DNA of 64,000 bases. It comes from Candidatus Poribacteria bacterium (GTDB lineage: Bacteria; Poribacteria; WGA-4E; JAJDTR01). The number at the start of each line of letters is the position of its first letter. Within the stretch, counting starts at the first letter, position 1. Below the pieces are notes generated by a model. It was given only the letters and a program-made list of their open reading frames with translations, was not told where the DNA came from and made no database searches. The position numbers and the translations under genes are program-made. Below are positions 1 through 13,000 of the stretch, in pieces. Location of the stretch: contig CBDCTK010000002.1 of the NCBI GenBank assembly GCA_965222225.1, forward strand, positions 5,024,001 to 5,088,000, read 5' to 3'.

Positions 1-2368
1 GGCGGTTGGGTATGCTGAGGTCAATCACCTGTAGACCGCGATTTCCGTCAGCGATGTACCCGAACGTTTCATTCACATCGGATTTGAATAGGTCCAATCC
101 CATTGCGTCTCCCGATGTTGGCTGAATCGCAACAGTTTGCGGCTGTTGACGATTTCGAACGTCGACCACATAAAGACCCGATTGGATGTCGGTGAGATAC
201 AGGTACCCGTCTAGAAATTTAATAGCTGTTGCAATTCCTGGCGTTTGAATGCTTGAGATTGCTTTCGGTTTAAGGCGATTTCGCACGTCAACAATCTGCA
301 TATTACCCGAAGCGACGTATGCGTATCCATCTACAACTTCGAAATCAAGGGCAAGTATATCAACAATGCCTGCAAATGCCGGGATGTTAATAAATTCAAA
401 GTCGAGAATCTGGAATCCCTGGTTATCATCGCTAAAATAAACCGTGTCGCCGTCCACCACGATATCCAGAGCAAATCCGCTTGTTTGGAAGGTACCAATT
501 GGCTGTGGGTTTGTCTGATTGTGCATTTCGTTAAGGTCATAGATTTGGAGTCCTTTGTTGATGTCTACTACGTATGCCTTCTCATTAGCAATCTTGATTC
601 GGCGGACACTCTCGAAATTTCCGATGGTCCTAACCAATCTTGGATTATCGGGGCGCCGCACGTCAATGAGCGTTGCACCTGCAGCGCCATCCGCAACGTA
701 AATCGTTTCTCTATCGATTGCGACACCTTGCGCATTTCCTGGCGTTGCGATCTGGCCAACCAATCGCGGGTGGCTTGGAGTCTCCAAATCGAAAACCTCT
801 AATCCCCAGTCGCTTACTGCATAAACCAGTCCTTCACCGACAACTAAATCTTGATAGTAACTTGATAAATGTATTTGTGATACCGGCTCCAGTTTGAAGT
901 CTACATAGGTCCGTTTGTGGCTTGGTTGAGATTGATTGCCGATTGCATGGGTAGTTGCTTTTGGGAGCGCAATTGATGAATCCATCTGGCGAGGGGGGCC
1001 AACAACGATACCAGACGTACCATCTGTAGTAGCGGCGTAACGGAACGATTGAGCAGCGGTAGAGGTCACCATGAGAACAACTCGGTCACTCGGGTTCAGG
1101 CTTTTCAACTCGATTCGTCCATTGTTGCCCTCATCAAAATTGATTGAATGAACGGAAGCGGTGCCGTTGCTGGGTAAAAGGGCAAGCTGGGCATGTAGGC
1201 TGCCATCGCCGGTGCCATCCAAAGCGATTTCAATCCGGTTCGGTAAATTACGAAACACGACGTATCGCACGCCCCAGTTCTCTACGTCGCCGGAGCGGAC
1301 AATCGGATAACTCGATACCTGCTGGACAGGAGCAACTACCCGTCGATTCTGTAGGTTTCTGTAACCTAACGATTTTCCGCGCGAGATATTGTTAACAAAA
1401 TTCGCAAGCGCCCAATTTTGAAAAACATCGGCGAAACGCTCCGGTCGACCCAATGATGTTAAAGTTGCGTCAATACCACGTATGCCGAGGAAATCTTGCC
1501 GAGCGAACTCACGAATAAACTTTTCGCCGCCATGCTGTTCAAACAGATATAACAGGAGTATAAATGATGCGCCATAGTATGTTTCAAACGTATTCCCCGA
1601 GGTCAGGGAGATTCCCGGGTCTTCAAAGTAGCCGTCAATGAAGATGCCGTGGACATTTCTGTAAATTGCCCATTCGACGAACGACGCGATTCCTTCCTCT
1701 ATCCAGCGTTCATCTGACGTTCCACCGTTCTGATACCAGTTGACAAGATGTGCGAATTCATGGGCTAAACTGTTATAAAATGTGAATCGCGATCGTTCTC
1801 TAAACTGGAAAATGTCCATGTAGACTATTTCCTTGCGGTTGCTGTTAAGCGCAGTGGGATCTTGATCTGTGGACGAAAAGTATCCGCCGAATTCCTTGCC
1901 TGAGTTATTTGCACCAACATCGTGCATTAGCAAAGTTATTCTCGTATCAAGATCCAATCCTGGCCGCCATTCGAATCCAACCCAACGATGAACTTGCGGA
2001 TAAATTCGAGAATCAAACTCAGCGACAATCTCGCGCGCCTCGGCGGCGGTCATCATGTCTAAGAAGGGATTCTCAACATAGAGATAAATGTTCTCACTGA
2101 TGGCGAGACAGGTGGCTTCGACCAACTGTTCCGGGATGTGCGTGAAGAATCGTTCGATATTTCCTACGTGGACTTCGGGGGGAGGGGCAGCGGGGAGGTG
2201 CGGCAACTGCGGGGCTCCGGCAACAGGTGGTCGCGAGGTTTCCTCACGCCAGAGCATAGGAGTACCACAACCCCAGTGAGCACCGGCAGCTGAATCTTCT
2301 TCATCAAGTGCAGCCTGGGTTAGGTTGGCGATGGCATAAAGTAAGCAGAGCAGCAGATTACGGTACAC
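1..2368 (-). CDS. Secreted zinc metallopeptidase (M30/hyicolysin-like) with C-terminal LVIVD repeats; runs off the left edge
   Basis: Absent from the ORF track because no stop lies in the window. Manual translation: GGAGG RBS, GTG at 2368, signal-like MYRNLLLCLLYAIANLTQA, zincin motif LAHEFAHLVN...WIEEG, then repeats such as DFEVVDGYAYVASGNMQIVDVRN and GLQVIDLS. The frame is consistent at both ends. Confidence 0.8.
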   Translation of the reverse strand, partial: MYRNLLLCLLYAIANLTQAALDEEDSAAGAHWGCGTPMLWREETSRPPVAGAPQLPHLPAAPPPEVHVGNIERFFTHIPEQLVEATCLAISENIYLYVENPFLDMMTAAEAREIVAEFDSRIYPQVHRWVGFEWRPGLDLDTRITLLMHDVGANNSGKEFGGYFSSTDQDPTALNSNRKEIVYMDIFQFRERSRFTFYNSLAHEFAHLVNWYQNGGTSDERWIEEGIASFVEWAIYRNVHGIFIDGYFEDPGISLTSGNTFETYYGASFILLLYLFEQHGGEKFIREFARQDFLGIRGIDATLTSLGRPERFADVFQNWALANFVNNISRGKSLGYRNLQNRRVVAPVQQVSSYPIVRSGDVENWGVRYVVFRNLPNRIEIALDGTGDGSLHAQLALLPSNGTASVHSINFDEGNNGRIELKSLNPSDRVVLMVTSTAAQSFRYAATTDGTSGIVVGPPRQMDSSIALPKATTHAIGNQSQPSHKRTYVDFKLEPVSQIHLSSYYQDLVVGEGLVYAVSDWGLEVFDLETPSHPRLVGQIATPGNAQGVAIDRETIYVADGAAGATLIDVRRPDNPRLVRTIGNFESVRRIKIANEKAYVVDINKGLQIYDLNEMHNQTNPQPIGTFQTSGFALDIVVDGDTVYFSDDNQGFQILDFEFINIPAFAGIVDILALDFEVVDGYAYVASGNMQIVDVRNRLKPKAISSIQTPGIATAIKFLDGYLYLTDIQSGLYVVDVRNRQQPQTVAIQPTSGDAMGLDLFKSDVNETFGYIADGNRGLQVIDLSIPNR

Positions 2369-2904
2369 TAATATATTGACCTCCACGCCTACAACATTAA
2401 CAAGATCTTGGTCGTTGAAGAAGGTAAGTGTTTTCAGACCGTTTCAAGGTACATGGCGGTGCAGTTTCTACAGAGTAAAAGCGAAGATTTCATGTTATTA
2501 CGTCAGGATGAATCCGTTCTAGGCCGTATTTGGTTGTCTCTCGTGATTTGGGATTTTACTACAACACTACACAGATGTCAATTTTAGACGTGTTTAATAG
2601 CGTACTGAGAACCGAAATGTTCCACGGTTCAATGGTGTTATCAACAATTGGGAGTAGAATGAACGGGGCACCCGTTTTAAGGAGACAGACTCTTATTTAA
2701 CATGTGGGATAGAGAAAGAATTTGATCTTTGCCAAAAAATCGAATATACTTGATATCCAACTTCAAGACGCCGAGTTTAGGATTCATTCGACATAAACGA
2801 CAATATACACATTTTTGTTTGCAGACGGGTTACGAATAATTTAATGACAGGTTACCTCATATCATTACTGAAGTATAGCTCGTCGGGATTCCACTAAGAA
2901 CTTG

Positions 2905-5900
2905 ATGAACCAACAGAAACTCAAACGCACGCTTGCCTTTGTGCTGTTCACGATTTCACTTTGCTACATCTCCGATTCGTCGGCAGCCCCGCCCCTTCCA
3001 CATACGTATTACGGCAAAGACTACCCAGACAATTCCGAATTTATCTCATTTCTCCAGAAGTTTCCGAGTTACGCCAAGTCGCTTTGGAAAGGCAACTATC
3101 GTGGGGATTCGCAGATTGGGTACTTCGGCAGCGGTGGACACGACCACAACCAAATGCGATCTCACGCGAACTTTATTTTTGTGTGTGCGCTTCTCAAAGC
3201 AGACGCGAATTACGATTCGTCCGTCTCTGGAATAGACCGAGATTGGCTTCTTACCCAAGCACGAGCTGCCCTTCGCTATCTTACGGAGACTCATGTCACC
3301 GGGAATAATGTCTGCGTTGATGGACGGAAATGGGGCAAACAACCGAATCAGTGGATAGCACCATGGGTGATTTCCAAAGCGGTAGCGGGGGCACGCCTTA
3401 TTTGGGAGGATTTGACCCGGGACGAACAGAATGCTATTCGGCGCGTCGTGGTTCATGAAGCGAACTACCAACTAAAGCAGCGCGCTGCATCCCGAGCGTA
3501 TGGAGATACGCATGCTGAATTCAATGCCTTGAACGCCGAGGTGCTTGCTTGGGCAGCCAGTCTATATCCAACTCATCCGAACGCGAGACACTGGTTGCTT
3601 AAGGCACAAGAGATGTTCATGAACACGTTTTCAGTGGCTCAGGACAAAAGAGACATAACTATTGTTGATCGTAGACGCGTCAATGAATGGGTCTATACAG
3701 CTAATGCCCATCCAGATTTCACGCTTGAGGGACACGGTGGTTACCACTTCGATTATATTGCTGTTCCTTTGCATTCTCTTGCTTGGGCGTATTACGCGTT
3801 TGTTAGCAATGGACAGCCCGTACCCCAGTCTCTATTTCATCATGTGTTAGATGTTTGGAATAGTCTGAAGAAAACCCATCTCTACTCGGGGCGTTTTGCT
3901 TACCTACAAGGAAAAGATTGGGCTCGACATGTCTATGGACCTTACTTTATCGTGCCCATGTTGGCGTTGCTTCAAAATGAATTTGGCGATGCGGACGCTC
4001 GATTTATTGAGCAACTTCGATTCGGGGCACTTCAATGGGAACAACAGCAGAACAGCAGAGGAAGCGTTTTCGATAGAAGATTCGGGTATCAGCGTACGGG
4101 CTGGCCAGTGATATATGAAACCGATTGTTATGCGAATCTAGGACTTGCATACCTGCTTCATCAATTCGCACCATCAATTCATGCGGAAAGCGCTTATGAC
4201 TTTCAAGAAAAGGTTGAAGGCAACTTTTACAGCAGATATTGCGATTTTCTTTATGCTCGCAATAAAGATGTGTTTGCATCATTCAGTTGGAAACATCTAT
4301 CCAGAAGGTATCCGATGGCTTTGTTTGTACCGGGAGACGATTATATGGTGGAGTGGGCAGACGGCAATCTGATGGGGACTCTAAGTGTTGAAAACACTGA
4401 TATGGCTCGAACGACCATACGCCATAACAACCGTTTGCTCAAGGATGGCTTCGTTACCACTGGACACATTCAAGAAGGAAAATCGAAGGGCGGTTTCGGA
4501 ATCGATCACTACATTAGTTTTACTGCGTTGCCAAAAAACAAAATGGCTGTAATGATGGAACTCTTGGTGGCAAAGACGCCGATACATGTAGCAGGCCAGT
4601 CAGGATTATCGTATTATTTGCCAAACGATATTTTTAACAATGGTGTAAGACAGGTACATTGGGAGGCAGGCAACGCTCGCTTACGAGGCGCTAGGGGGGT
4701 GATCGCAAATCCCATAACCATAGATTCCAAATGGGTCAATATAGACAATAAACTGGGAATTATCAGCGTACCGGATAACGGTCAATTTCAGATCTTACCC
4801 GGAAGTAGGAATCTTTGGAATGGGCAGATTAGCGAACGAATTGACTACGTGACCGGATCGAGACGGCGGCAATATAAACAGAATGATGTTATCCGATCGC
4901 AGGGCTATTTTCTTACCAATACTGATATTCAATCGACGCGAAAGATTGCGGAGACTGAAGTTCACTGGCTGAAGGCAGACGACGATTTCGTTAAGGCGGT
5001 CACATTCAGGGACGGCGGTTCAAATCGTATAATCGTCGCAAATTTCAGACATACTCCAATAGATACCACGATTCAATTGCATACCGGTGAAAGGGTGGAG
5101 GTGCGACTTCAGAGGCTTAATACTGTGATATTAGGAGAGGTCGCCGGTGCCGAAGTCACGCACTCGAAGGATAATGGAAAGATGGTGCTGGTGCCAGCAG
5201 GAGAGTTCATCATGGGAACAAGCCAAGCACAACTTCAGAGAATCGTGCAGGGACGAAGGGATGCCGACGCCCTCAGGGAAGTCTTTGCACATGAACAGCC
5301 GCAGCACCGTGTTTATATCGACTCGTTTTACATCGACAAATACGAGGTCACAAATAAGCAATTCAAGAAATTCGTTGATTCCACCGGATATGTCACAGAT
5401 GCCGAGAAACAGGGCTGGGGATATCTGTGGGAAGGATCGAATGAATGGCCTCGCCCAGAAGGCGCGTCCTGGCGCGCCCCTCATGGCCATGGCAGCTCAA
5501 TTCGGCGTAAGGACAACTATCCTGTCGTGCAAGTTAGCTACAATGACGCATTGGCGTACCTAGAATGGGCAGAGAAACGATTACCGACTGAAGCAGAGTG
5601 GGAAAAGGCTGCCAGAGGCATAGATGATCGCCTGTATCCGTGGGGCAATCAATGGGACCCAACCCGCCTGAACTCATGGGAGGCAGGACCACACAAAACA
5701 ACACCCGTTGGAAGTTATCCCAAGGGAGTCAGCCCATATGGCGCATACGACATGGTGGGAAATGTGTGGGAGTGGGTATTCGACTGGTATCACCCGAAAT
5801 ACTACCGTACTTCGCAGGAATGGTCAAATCCCACAGGACCAGCAGAAGGAAAACATCGTGTACTGCGGGGGGCTTGTTGGTTGAATGAAAAGCATGTTAC

Positions 5901-6642
5901 ACGGTGTGCTCATCGCGACAATTATGTAACTGTTCCCGATTTTCGAATCCACCTAGGCGGGTTTCGAGGTGTGGTGTCCGCAAACCGATTTGAGGGCGAA
6001 TCAAGATTTCGGAATCTTGAAGATGTGAATTCGGATGGTGCAGTTGATGTTCTTGATTTTATTATCGTGGCTAGTGAATTTGGTCAAACCTTGCCTAGTC
6101 AATCCGCTGCAGATGTCAACTTTGATGGGCTAGTGGACGTTTCGGATCTGACTCTTGTTGCTTCGCACCTTGACGAAGGCACCGCATCGTCAGCTGCACC
6201 TAGTATCGCGCAGCGTTTTTCTCAACAGCAACTTTCTAACATGCGCGAGGCGCTTAATAGTTTGGAAGTCCTTGCCAATCCGCCGTCGGGGGTAGAGATT
6301 GCGCGACAGTTTCTAAGGAGGTGGTTGCGACATGTGCCCACAATTGTCGAGGAGACGAAACTGTTGCCCAACTACCCTAATCCCTTTAATCCGGAAACTT
6401 GGATTCCCTATCAGCTTGCAGTTGATACCGAGGTTAAGATTTCGATCTATGATATTGCGGGGACTCTCGTGCGGCACTTGGATTTAGGACATCAGAAAGC
6501 AGGGATTTATGAACTGAAATCCACGGCGGCGTATTGGGATGGAAAGTCGGCTAACGGAGAACCGGTTTCGAGTGGTCTGTACTTTTATCAACTCCGGGCG
6601 GGCAACTTCACCTCGGTAAAGCGTATGGCAGTTATCAAGTAA
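2905..6642 (+). CDS. Secreted multidomain protein: polysaccharide lyase-like helical/beta region + FGE/SUMF1-like domain + dockerin-like + FlgD/T9SS-like C-terminal domain
   Basis: Signal peptide; FGE-like motifs (IDKYEVTN, RLPTEAEWEKAARG, DMVGNVWEW); DVNSDGAVDVLD dockerin-like repeat; LLPNYPNPFNPETWIPYQL tail. The lyase-like call for the N-terminus is weaker. Confidence 0.75.
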   Translation: MNQQKLKRTLAFVLFTISLCYISDSSAAPPLPHTYYGKDYPDNSEFISFLQKFPSYAKSLWKGNYRGDSQIGYFGSGGHDHNQMRSHANFIFVCALLKADANYDSSVSGIDRDWLLTQARAALRYLTETHVTGNNVCVDGRKWGKQPNQWIAPWVISKAVAGARLIWEDLTRDEQNAIRRVVVHEANYQLKQRAASRAYGDTHAEFNALNAEVLAWAASLYPTHPNARHWLLKAQEMFMNTFSVAQDKRDITIVDRRRVNEWVYTANAHPDFTLEGHGGYHFDYIAVPLHSLAWAYYAFVSNGQPVPQSLFHHVLDVWNSLKKTHLYSGRFAYLQGKDWARHVYGPYFIVPMLALLQNEFGDADARFIEQLRFGALQWEQQQNSRGSVFDRRFGYQRTGWPVIYETDCYANLGLAYLLHQFAPSIHAESAYDFQEKVEGNFYSRYCDFLYARNKDVFASFSWKHLSRRYPMALFVPGDDYMVEWADGNLMGTLSVENTDMARTTIRHNNRLLKDGFVTTGHIQEGKSKGGFGIDHYISFTALPKNKMAVMMELLVAKTPIHVAGQSGLSYYLPNDIFNNGVRQVHWEAGNARLRGARGVIANPITIDSKWVNIDNKLGIISVPDNGQFQILPGSRNLWNGQISERIDYVTGSRRRQYKQNDVIRSQGYFLTNTDIQSTRKIAETEVHWLKADDDFVKAVTFRDGGSNRIIVANFRHTPIDTTIQLHTGERVEVRLQRLNTVILGEVAGAEVTHSKDNGKMVLVPAGEFIMGTSQAQLQRIVQGRRDADALREVFAHEQPQHRVYIDSFYIDKYEVTNKQFKKFVDSTGYVTDAEKQGWGYLWEGSNEWPRPEGASWRAPHGHGSSIRRKDNYPVVQVSYNDALAYLEWAEKRLPTEAEWEKAARGIDDRLYPWGNQWDPTRLNSWEAGPHKTTPVGSYPKGVSPYGAYDMVGNVWEWVFDWYHPKYYRTSQEWSNPTGPAEGKHRVLRGACWLNEKHVTRCAHRDNYVTVPDFRIHLGGFRGVVSANRFEGESRFRNLEDVNSDGAVDVLDFIIVASEFGQTLPSQSAADVNFDGLVDVSDLTLVASHLDEGTASSAAPSIAQRFSQQQLSNMREALNSLEVLANPPSGVEIARQFLRRWLRHVPTIVEETKLLPNYPNPFNPETWIPYQLAVDTEVKISIYDIAGTLVRHLDLGHQKAGIYELKSTAAYWDGKSANGEPVSSGLYFYQLRAGNFTSVKRMAVIK

Positions 6643-7072
6643 ACTGAGACACCAAGCGGGCATCTGCTATAGTAAAAAAATCGGAAACATGCGAAACCAA
6701 ATTCAGCCAAATTCATCGCTGCGCTTAGGAAGGTTTGATTTCACAACCTTCAGTCTATGGAATTCACCGATAGATGAGAAGTTAATCGGGATGATTTAAA
6801 GGGAGCATCTTTAACTGTGGATTTGCATGGCACACAAATTAGCTGGCTTGCTAAGATTGATGTGTGTGCATTGATAATGTTAAATGAAGCGCCAAGTAAG
6901 ATGACCTATATGATGCTCTTCTTCCGTGATGATATTTATTCTGATTAACTGTGCCGGTACATTCGCTGTCTCATTCACCTTTTCTATCATCGTGAGAAGT
7001 TGAGTCAGTGATACTGTTACGCTCGAAATACGATAAAATAGGGTGCGTCCAGTGTACAACTCGCAGGAGTCC

Positions 7073-10000
7073 ATGTTCAGGTCGCTTCGCGTCCAACTCA
7101 CAATATTTCGCTTACTCTATCCATTAATATTCCTCCTCTGTTTTAACGTACCAACTTGGGCGGAGCCGATCGTCCGCACAGTCTACGCGGACTCGGTGAG
7201 CCTCGTCGTTGAATTCAAGCTGCCCGAGCTACGGTTTAGCGACGAGAATAGTGGCGGGCAAACCTACTCTCTAATATCCTTTAATGGCGCCCAACACACG
7301 CTGGAAGCTGGATATCCTAAACTTCCTACTTATTCACAGTTAATTGGCATACCGGTCCGTGAGATTCCTCACGCCACTATTATCAATTCCCGATTTGAGA
7401 TTCGCCCTACCAAGAAAGTCCTGCCTGTTCAGTCCGATTTTGTCCGCCAATCTGAGGATTCGCCTGTCCCGTCCACGGTTCGGTATGAGACAAACACAGA
7501 TTTCTATCGCCAAAACCGTTTTTATCCGACACATTTGGCCGAGGTTGTACCGGTCGGATTTATCCGAGATCAACGTGTCGCGCAACTCAAGATTCATCCT
7601 ATTCAATATAATCCCCGGTTGTCGAAACTCAAAATTTATCGAGAATTACAGATCCGAATAGATTTCAATCAACCAGCTTCCTCCGTATCTCAAGCGTTTA
7701 CCACCTACCAGCCATCAAGACCGTTTGAGGAATTGTTCCAAACGAGGCTGCTCAATTACAACCAAGCCAAGGCATGGCGGTTGGTACGACAGTCTCAAGC
7801 TCAACTTGCCTCTGCGTTTGCAGAAGGAAACATGGAGCAAAGATACAAACTCACGATTACGCGTACAGGTATGTATCGAGTTACCTACAGTAGGCTTGAG
7901 CGGACCGGTGCAGACGCATCGAAAATCGATTTAAATACATTAAAGATGGAAACTGAGGGGCGTTTAGTCGGCGTGTACGTCATTGATAAAGCCGAAGACG
8001 GAAAATTCGATCGTGATGACTCTATTGTCTTCTATGGACAAGAACTTGTTGGGAACAAATTTACCGATACAAATGTATACTGGCTCTCTTGGAATAGCCC
8101 TGGAAGTTCGCGCGTAGGGGTTGTAGACGCCCAACAAAAAACACGCAGTGCACGTATTCCGGTTGCATTCCTGAAGACTGAACGCTTTGAAAGAGACATC
8201 TTTCATAATTCTTTAGAGGCGGATGATGTCCGTTCAGAACTTGCAGATCACTACTTTTGGGCTAGTTTTAAAGGAGGCGACAGCAAGCCGTTTCCGATCA
8301 ACATCCCGGGCGCCATCCCTCGCCAATTGATAAATCGTCTTGCAACAATTCGTGTCAAACTTCAAGGTGCCTCCCTGTATACTCATAAAGCGCGGTTTCT
8401 CCTCAACAACAAGTCGATCGGCAGAACTCAGGACTGGAGAAGACAAGCCGATATTTTGACGATTCATGAATTTCAACAGCGGCAGTTTCTCCTCCATGAT
8501 GCGACCAATGAATTAACTGTGATTGCTGAAGATAACGCTCGTTTGTCTTCAGACAAGGCAGAGTTTTACGTTGATTGGTTTGAAGTCGATTATTGGCATA
8601 GTTTTAAGGCCTTATCTGGAGCGCTAGAGTTTAACTCCACTACCGAACCTGAATCTAATGGAATAGTGCGATATCGTGTCGACAATTTACGTGCCAGCGA
8701 AGTGGATGTCTATAAGATTGACAACGGCAGCATCGTCGCAAAACTGGTTAACGGCAGAATTGATGGTAGTTCCAGCCCAAATTTTCGGATTACGTTTGAG
8801 GATATGGTCACGCAACCATTAAGTTATTTTGTGCTCGATGACCGTGCTTACCATAGTGTCACTAGAATCGTGCCAGCGAAACCTCCGACACTCAGAGACC
8901 CTGCCAATCAAGCCGATTACATTGTAATCAGCCACAAAGATTTCATCAATAGCATACAACCTTTGGTCAAGTTTCGACGTTCTCAGGGGTATTCTGTCAT
9001 TGTTGTAGACATTGACGATGTGTATGAGCAGTTCAATCACGGCGTCTTCAGCCCGTTTGCAATCCAACAGTTCTTACGCTACGCATACACAAGTTGGCAA
9101 CAACCGGCTCCTTCTTATGTCCTGCTCGTTGGTGATGCGCATTACGATTATAAGAGGGCAACTGTCGCACTCTATCGACTGGACAACAGGACCTTTAATC
9201 TTTATCCGATTTATGTCCCCACAATTCACGGATGGGCACCGGTAAGTGGTGAAACGGCAATGGATCATCGATTTGTCACCGTCAGCGGGGAGGATACACT
9301 GCCAGACATGTTCATTGGACGATTATCCGTTCAATACGCACATGAGCTAGACGCTATGGTGAAGAAGCTGATTGATTATGAGCAGAATCCAAAGTTTGGG
9401 GTATGGCAACGTACACTCGCCCAAGTTGCAGATGACGAAAAGAGTAACAGCATTGACTGGATTTTTGAAGAAAGTCGCGATCGCCTCATTAAGGAATTTA
9501 TTCCAGTTGCCTACGATACGCGTGAAATCTACCTTAGAAAAATAGAGAGCCCTGACCGGACAAACGGGCTAATTTTTAAAGCTATTGAAGAGGGTTCGCT
9601 GATACTTGAGTACTCAGGGCACGGTGGGTCCGACACATGGGCAGATGAAGGTATCTTCCGCATTGAAAATATCAAACGATTAAGAAACCAACGCCTTCCT
9701 TTTGTTGTGACGACAACCTGTCTCAATGGTCAATTTGACAAGCCTCTCCAGTTTGGCCAGCGCTGTTTGAGTGAAGAATTCATGATGGGAAGATATGGAG
9801 CACTTGGAACGTTGAGTGCCACACGCCTGACCTTTGCTACTGCCAATGCAGTGTTTGATGAAGATCTGTTTAACTCCATTTTCAACGTGAAACCATCAAC
9901 CCTTGGCGCTATAACTGCCGATGCGAAAATCAAGTTTATTGGAAGCGCAGTAAGCAATAACAGGCTGAGTTGGATTCCCGGAGCCGAACAGTACACCTTA

Positions 10001-13000
10001 TTCGGAGATCCGGCGACACGATTGGCACTACCAGATCTGGAAATTAAGGTCGAATTGGATGACTTTTCGTTGAATTCTAGAAAGCAACTAGTTGTTAAGC
10101 AGAATGTAATTGGACATAATGGGATTGTCCTAACAACGGGTAAGAGTAGATTCCTAAAAGCCACTGACTTCAGTACAGATCGGTTGTCGGCGGCAGTGCT
10201 ATTCGCAAATAATTTTGACGAAGATCCAAACAACGATCTATCCAGGCGGCAGGACGATCTCGATGTTTGGAAAGGCGACTTTGGCACCATTCGCTTTGAC
10301 GTGCCGCTTGGCGTGACAGCGGGGCGCGGGATTGTCCGACTCTTCGCTAGCGATGGCGAGCACACGGCTATAGGTGGCACGGAATTTTGGACGGAACAGC
10401 CGATTATTCATGACGTGCGAGAAGAATTGGGCACAGAAGCAGCCAATGCTCTAAATCTCCATGTGCAGATTGTGGATGATGCGGGGCAGGCTGGTATCAA
10501 GTCCGTTGATGTGGTCTGGAACGATACCGTTGAGTACAAAACGCGTACGACACCGATGGTACCCGATCCGCAATTCGCGATTCCCGTAATCAACGGAGGA
10601 CAGTGGTGGCGACTACAAACCCCAATTCCACTACCGCAGGATGAGCGGTCCGTCATCTACCAGATTCTCGCAACCGACCAAGACAAAAATATTGTTTTTT
10701 ACCCGTCGGAAACAGAGCGAAAAACTGTCAAGGTAGCGGCGAATGCCAATCTCGCCATTGCTCCGAATCCACCTGACGCTACTTCTATTCGCTATGTACG
10801 TTTGGAGGACGGCAACGTACCGGTCTTGATGGTCGATCTAATTAACGATGGAGGTAATGACGTTCCAGTAGATGTTGAGGTCTGGTTCACGGAGGGAAAT
10901 CCTGACCGAAATGTGGATTACCAAATTGACCGGGACGCAAAGGTAATCGGGAAAGTAGTGGTCAATACAAATGACTGGGAGCCAGGAGACACAGCCCATC
11001 AGAAAGTAACAGCTGTTTCAACTTTGAAGGAACCACTATCACGAGGGCACCACGAAATACATGTTTTTGTCGATCCTACACCGCCCGATCGCAATCCGGA
11101 GAATGGGGTTTTTGGAGCCCTTGATGAAACGCGTTCTGCGGACAACAGGGGGTCTCTTTCCTTTGATGTTAACGAGTTTACTTTGCAACCGGCGAGTGAA
11201 CTCACATGCGCCAGTTTAGACCGAGTATTTGAAGCTTTTTTCACAGTTGGTTCATTAAAGCCTACAACTCTCTCTGTTGATTCACTAGAGGCACCAATCT
11301 CCTCTCAGCCAGGCCTCAGATTTGTGGCTATTCCCCAGCCGGCCGGTGTGCAAGACATACTCATACGTCAAGGGGCCGGTGCCTCCCAGGCTTATGAAAT
11401 CAGCCTGCCGTCAACCGTTATGCAACTTGATCTGCCTATTGAAGTTAGATTTCGATTCGAAAGCGATTACCTTCATGACCAACTTAGCTTGCAACCCGAC
11501 GATGCCAACAACCAAGACGAGGTCATAAGCAAAATGGGAATCTATGCTTGGAAGGAACAGACAAAGACTTGGAAGCGCTTGCCATCAAAAACCCACTATC
11601 AGGAGAACGGGAATCTATTGAAGGAGAGATTTCTGACGCCAGCGCAAAAAAGAAACAGAAATCTTTACGAATTGCAGGTTACACAGATTCGGATCGATTC
11701 GCAGCGTACTCCCTTAGGGAAGTGGATCATACTCTTTATAGATTCGGATAGTTACATGGTTCTGCTACGTCAAACGGGTAGCACGAACATCAATCAGGTA
11801 GGTACGTTAGGGAAACCGGGTCAAATCTTCGTTAATAGCGACTTCGGTATTCAGCTAGAAATCAAAAGGGTGGAGGCGATTGAAAATAGTAGACAGTTTG
11901 AATTTGGGGATGTGCTAACTTTTGAAACCAAACTAGATCGGTTTGATCGTCTGATTGCGTCCGAAACAAGGAATAGCAATCGCGGTAATGGGTTTCCAGA
12001 ATTAAATTTAACGATTGAATCTGAGGATAATTTTCGATCCGGGAATTGGCTGATTCTTTTTAGAGACAACCAAACGTTTGAGATTCATGATAGCTCAACC
12101 CTTTCTGATGGCAAGCTTAGCGAGAACGTCGTACTCGGATCAATCAATGAGCCACTTTTCATGAGCGATCCTGGCATTGAGGCACTGATTACCCCCGGTG
12201 ACGAACCGTTTGCGCTTGGAGACAAATTCAAGTTCAGCACTAAAACGGTCAGCATAGTATCCACCGAGGTATCCGATCTCAATCCGTTCGCGCTTATGGC
12301 AAGTTCGGACACACGTTCACCCAGACTTAAGTTGTGGGTTGATGGCGAATCGTTGCATTCAGGTAGTGTTATTTCATCTCGGCCACAAATCTCCATGATT
12401 CTTGAAGATTTGAACGGGATTGATATGGACGCTTTCCGGTTTGTAGTTAGCAAGAATGGGGGACCATTTAAGGAAATCACCGAATTCACAATAACTAACC
12501 CGAAGCAAGCCACGGCAGTTACGATTTTCTATGCACCTGTTCTTTCTGTAGGTCGCTATCTCTATCGAATCTGGGCAAAGGATTTGAACGGGAATGAGCT
12601 TGGAAACGACGGCGGATATAGTGAGTTCCTTCTCTTTGTGGAGGAGCCACCCGATATAGAACCGCCAGAGGTTGAAATCCGCTTAAATCAAGAAATCTTA
12701 ACGGATGGGATGATTGTGCAAGAACAGCCCGAGATTGAGGTTCGATTTGCCGATAATTACGGAATAGATTCTACCACCATACAATTCTCGTTTGGCAAGG
12801 TGGGCGACGAACTTGTCTCGCTTCCGCGTGAGGCGTACGACTTGGTGTTTGATGAAGCACAGCCCGAGCACGGCACCATTGTCTATACACCAAGTCTGGC
12901 TAACGGCGAGTACCAGATTCAAATCTTCGCCAGTGACACGAGTGAAAATACCCACGAAGGAGAGGTAATCCGCTTTCAGCTAAACGAAGCCGTAGAGATT

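Noticed and set aside
249-2279. Short track ORFs on the + strand
   Set aside because: They are shadows of the long minus-strand peptidase gene; the same applies to most short ORFs overlapping large genes.
5180-5980. DGR target (FGE-like C-type lectin fold)
   Set aside because: No template repeat or reverse transcriptase seen, and the domain is internal.
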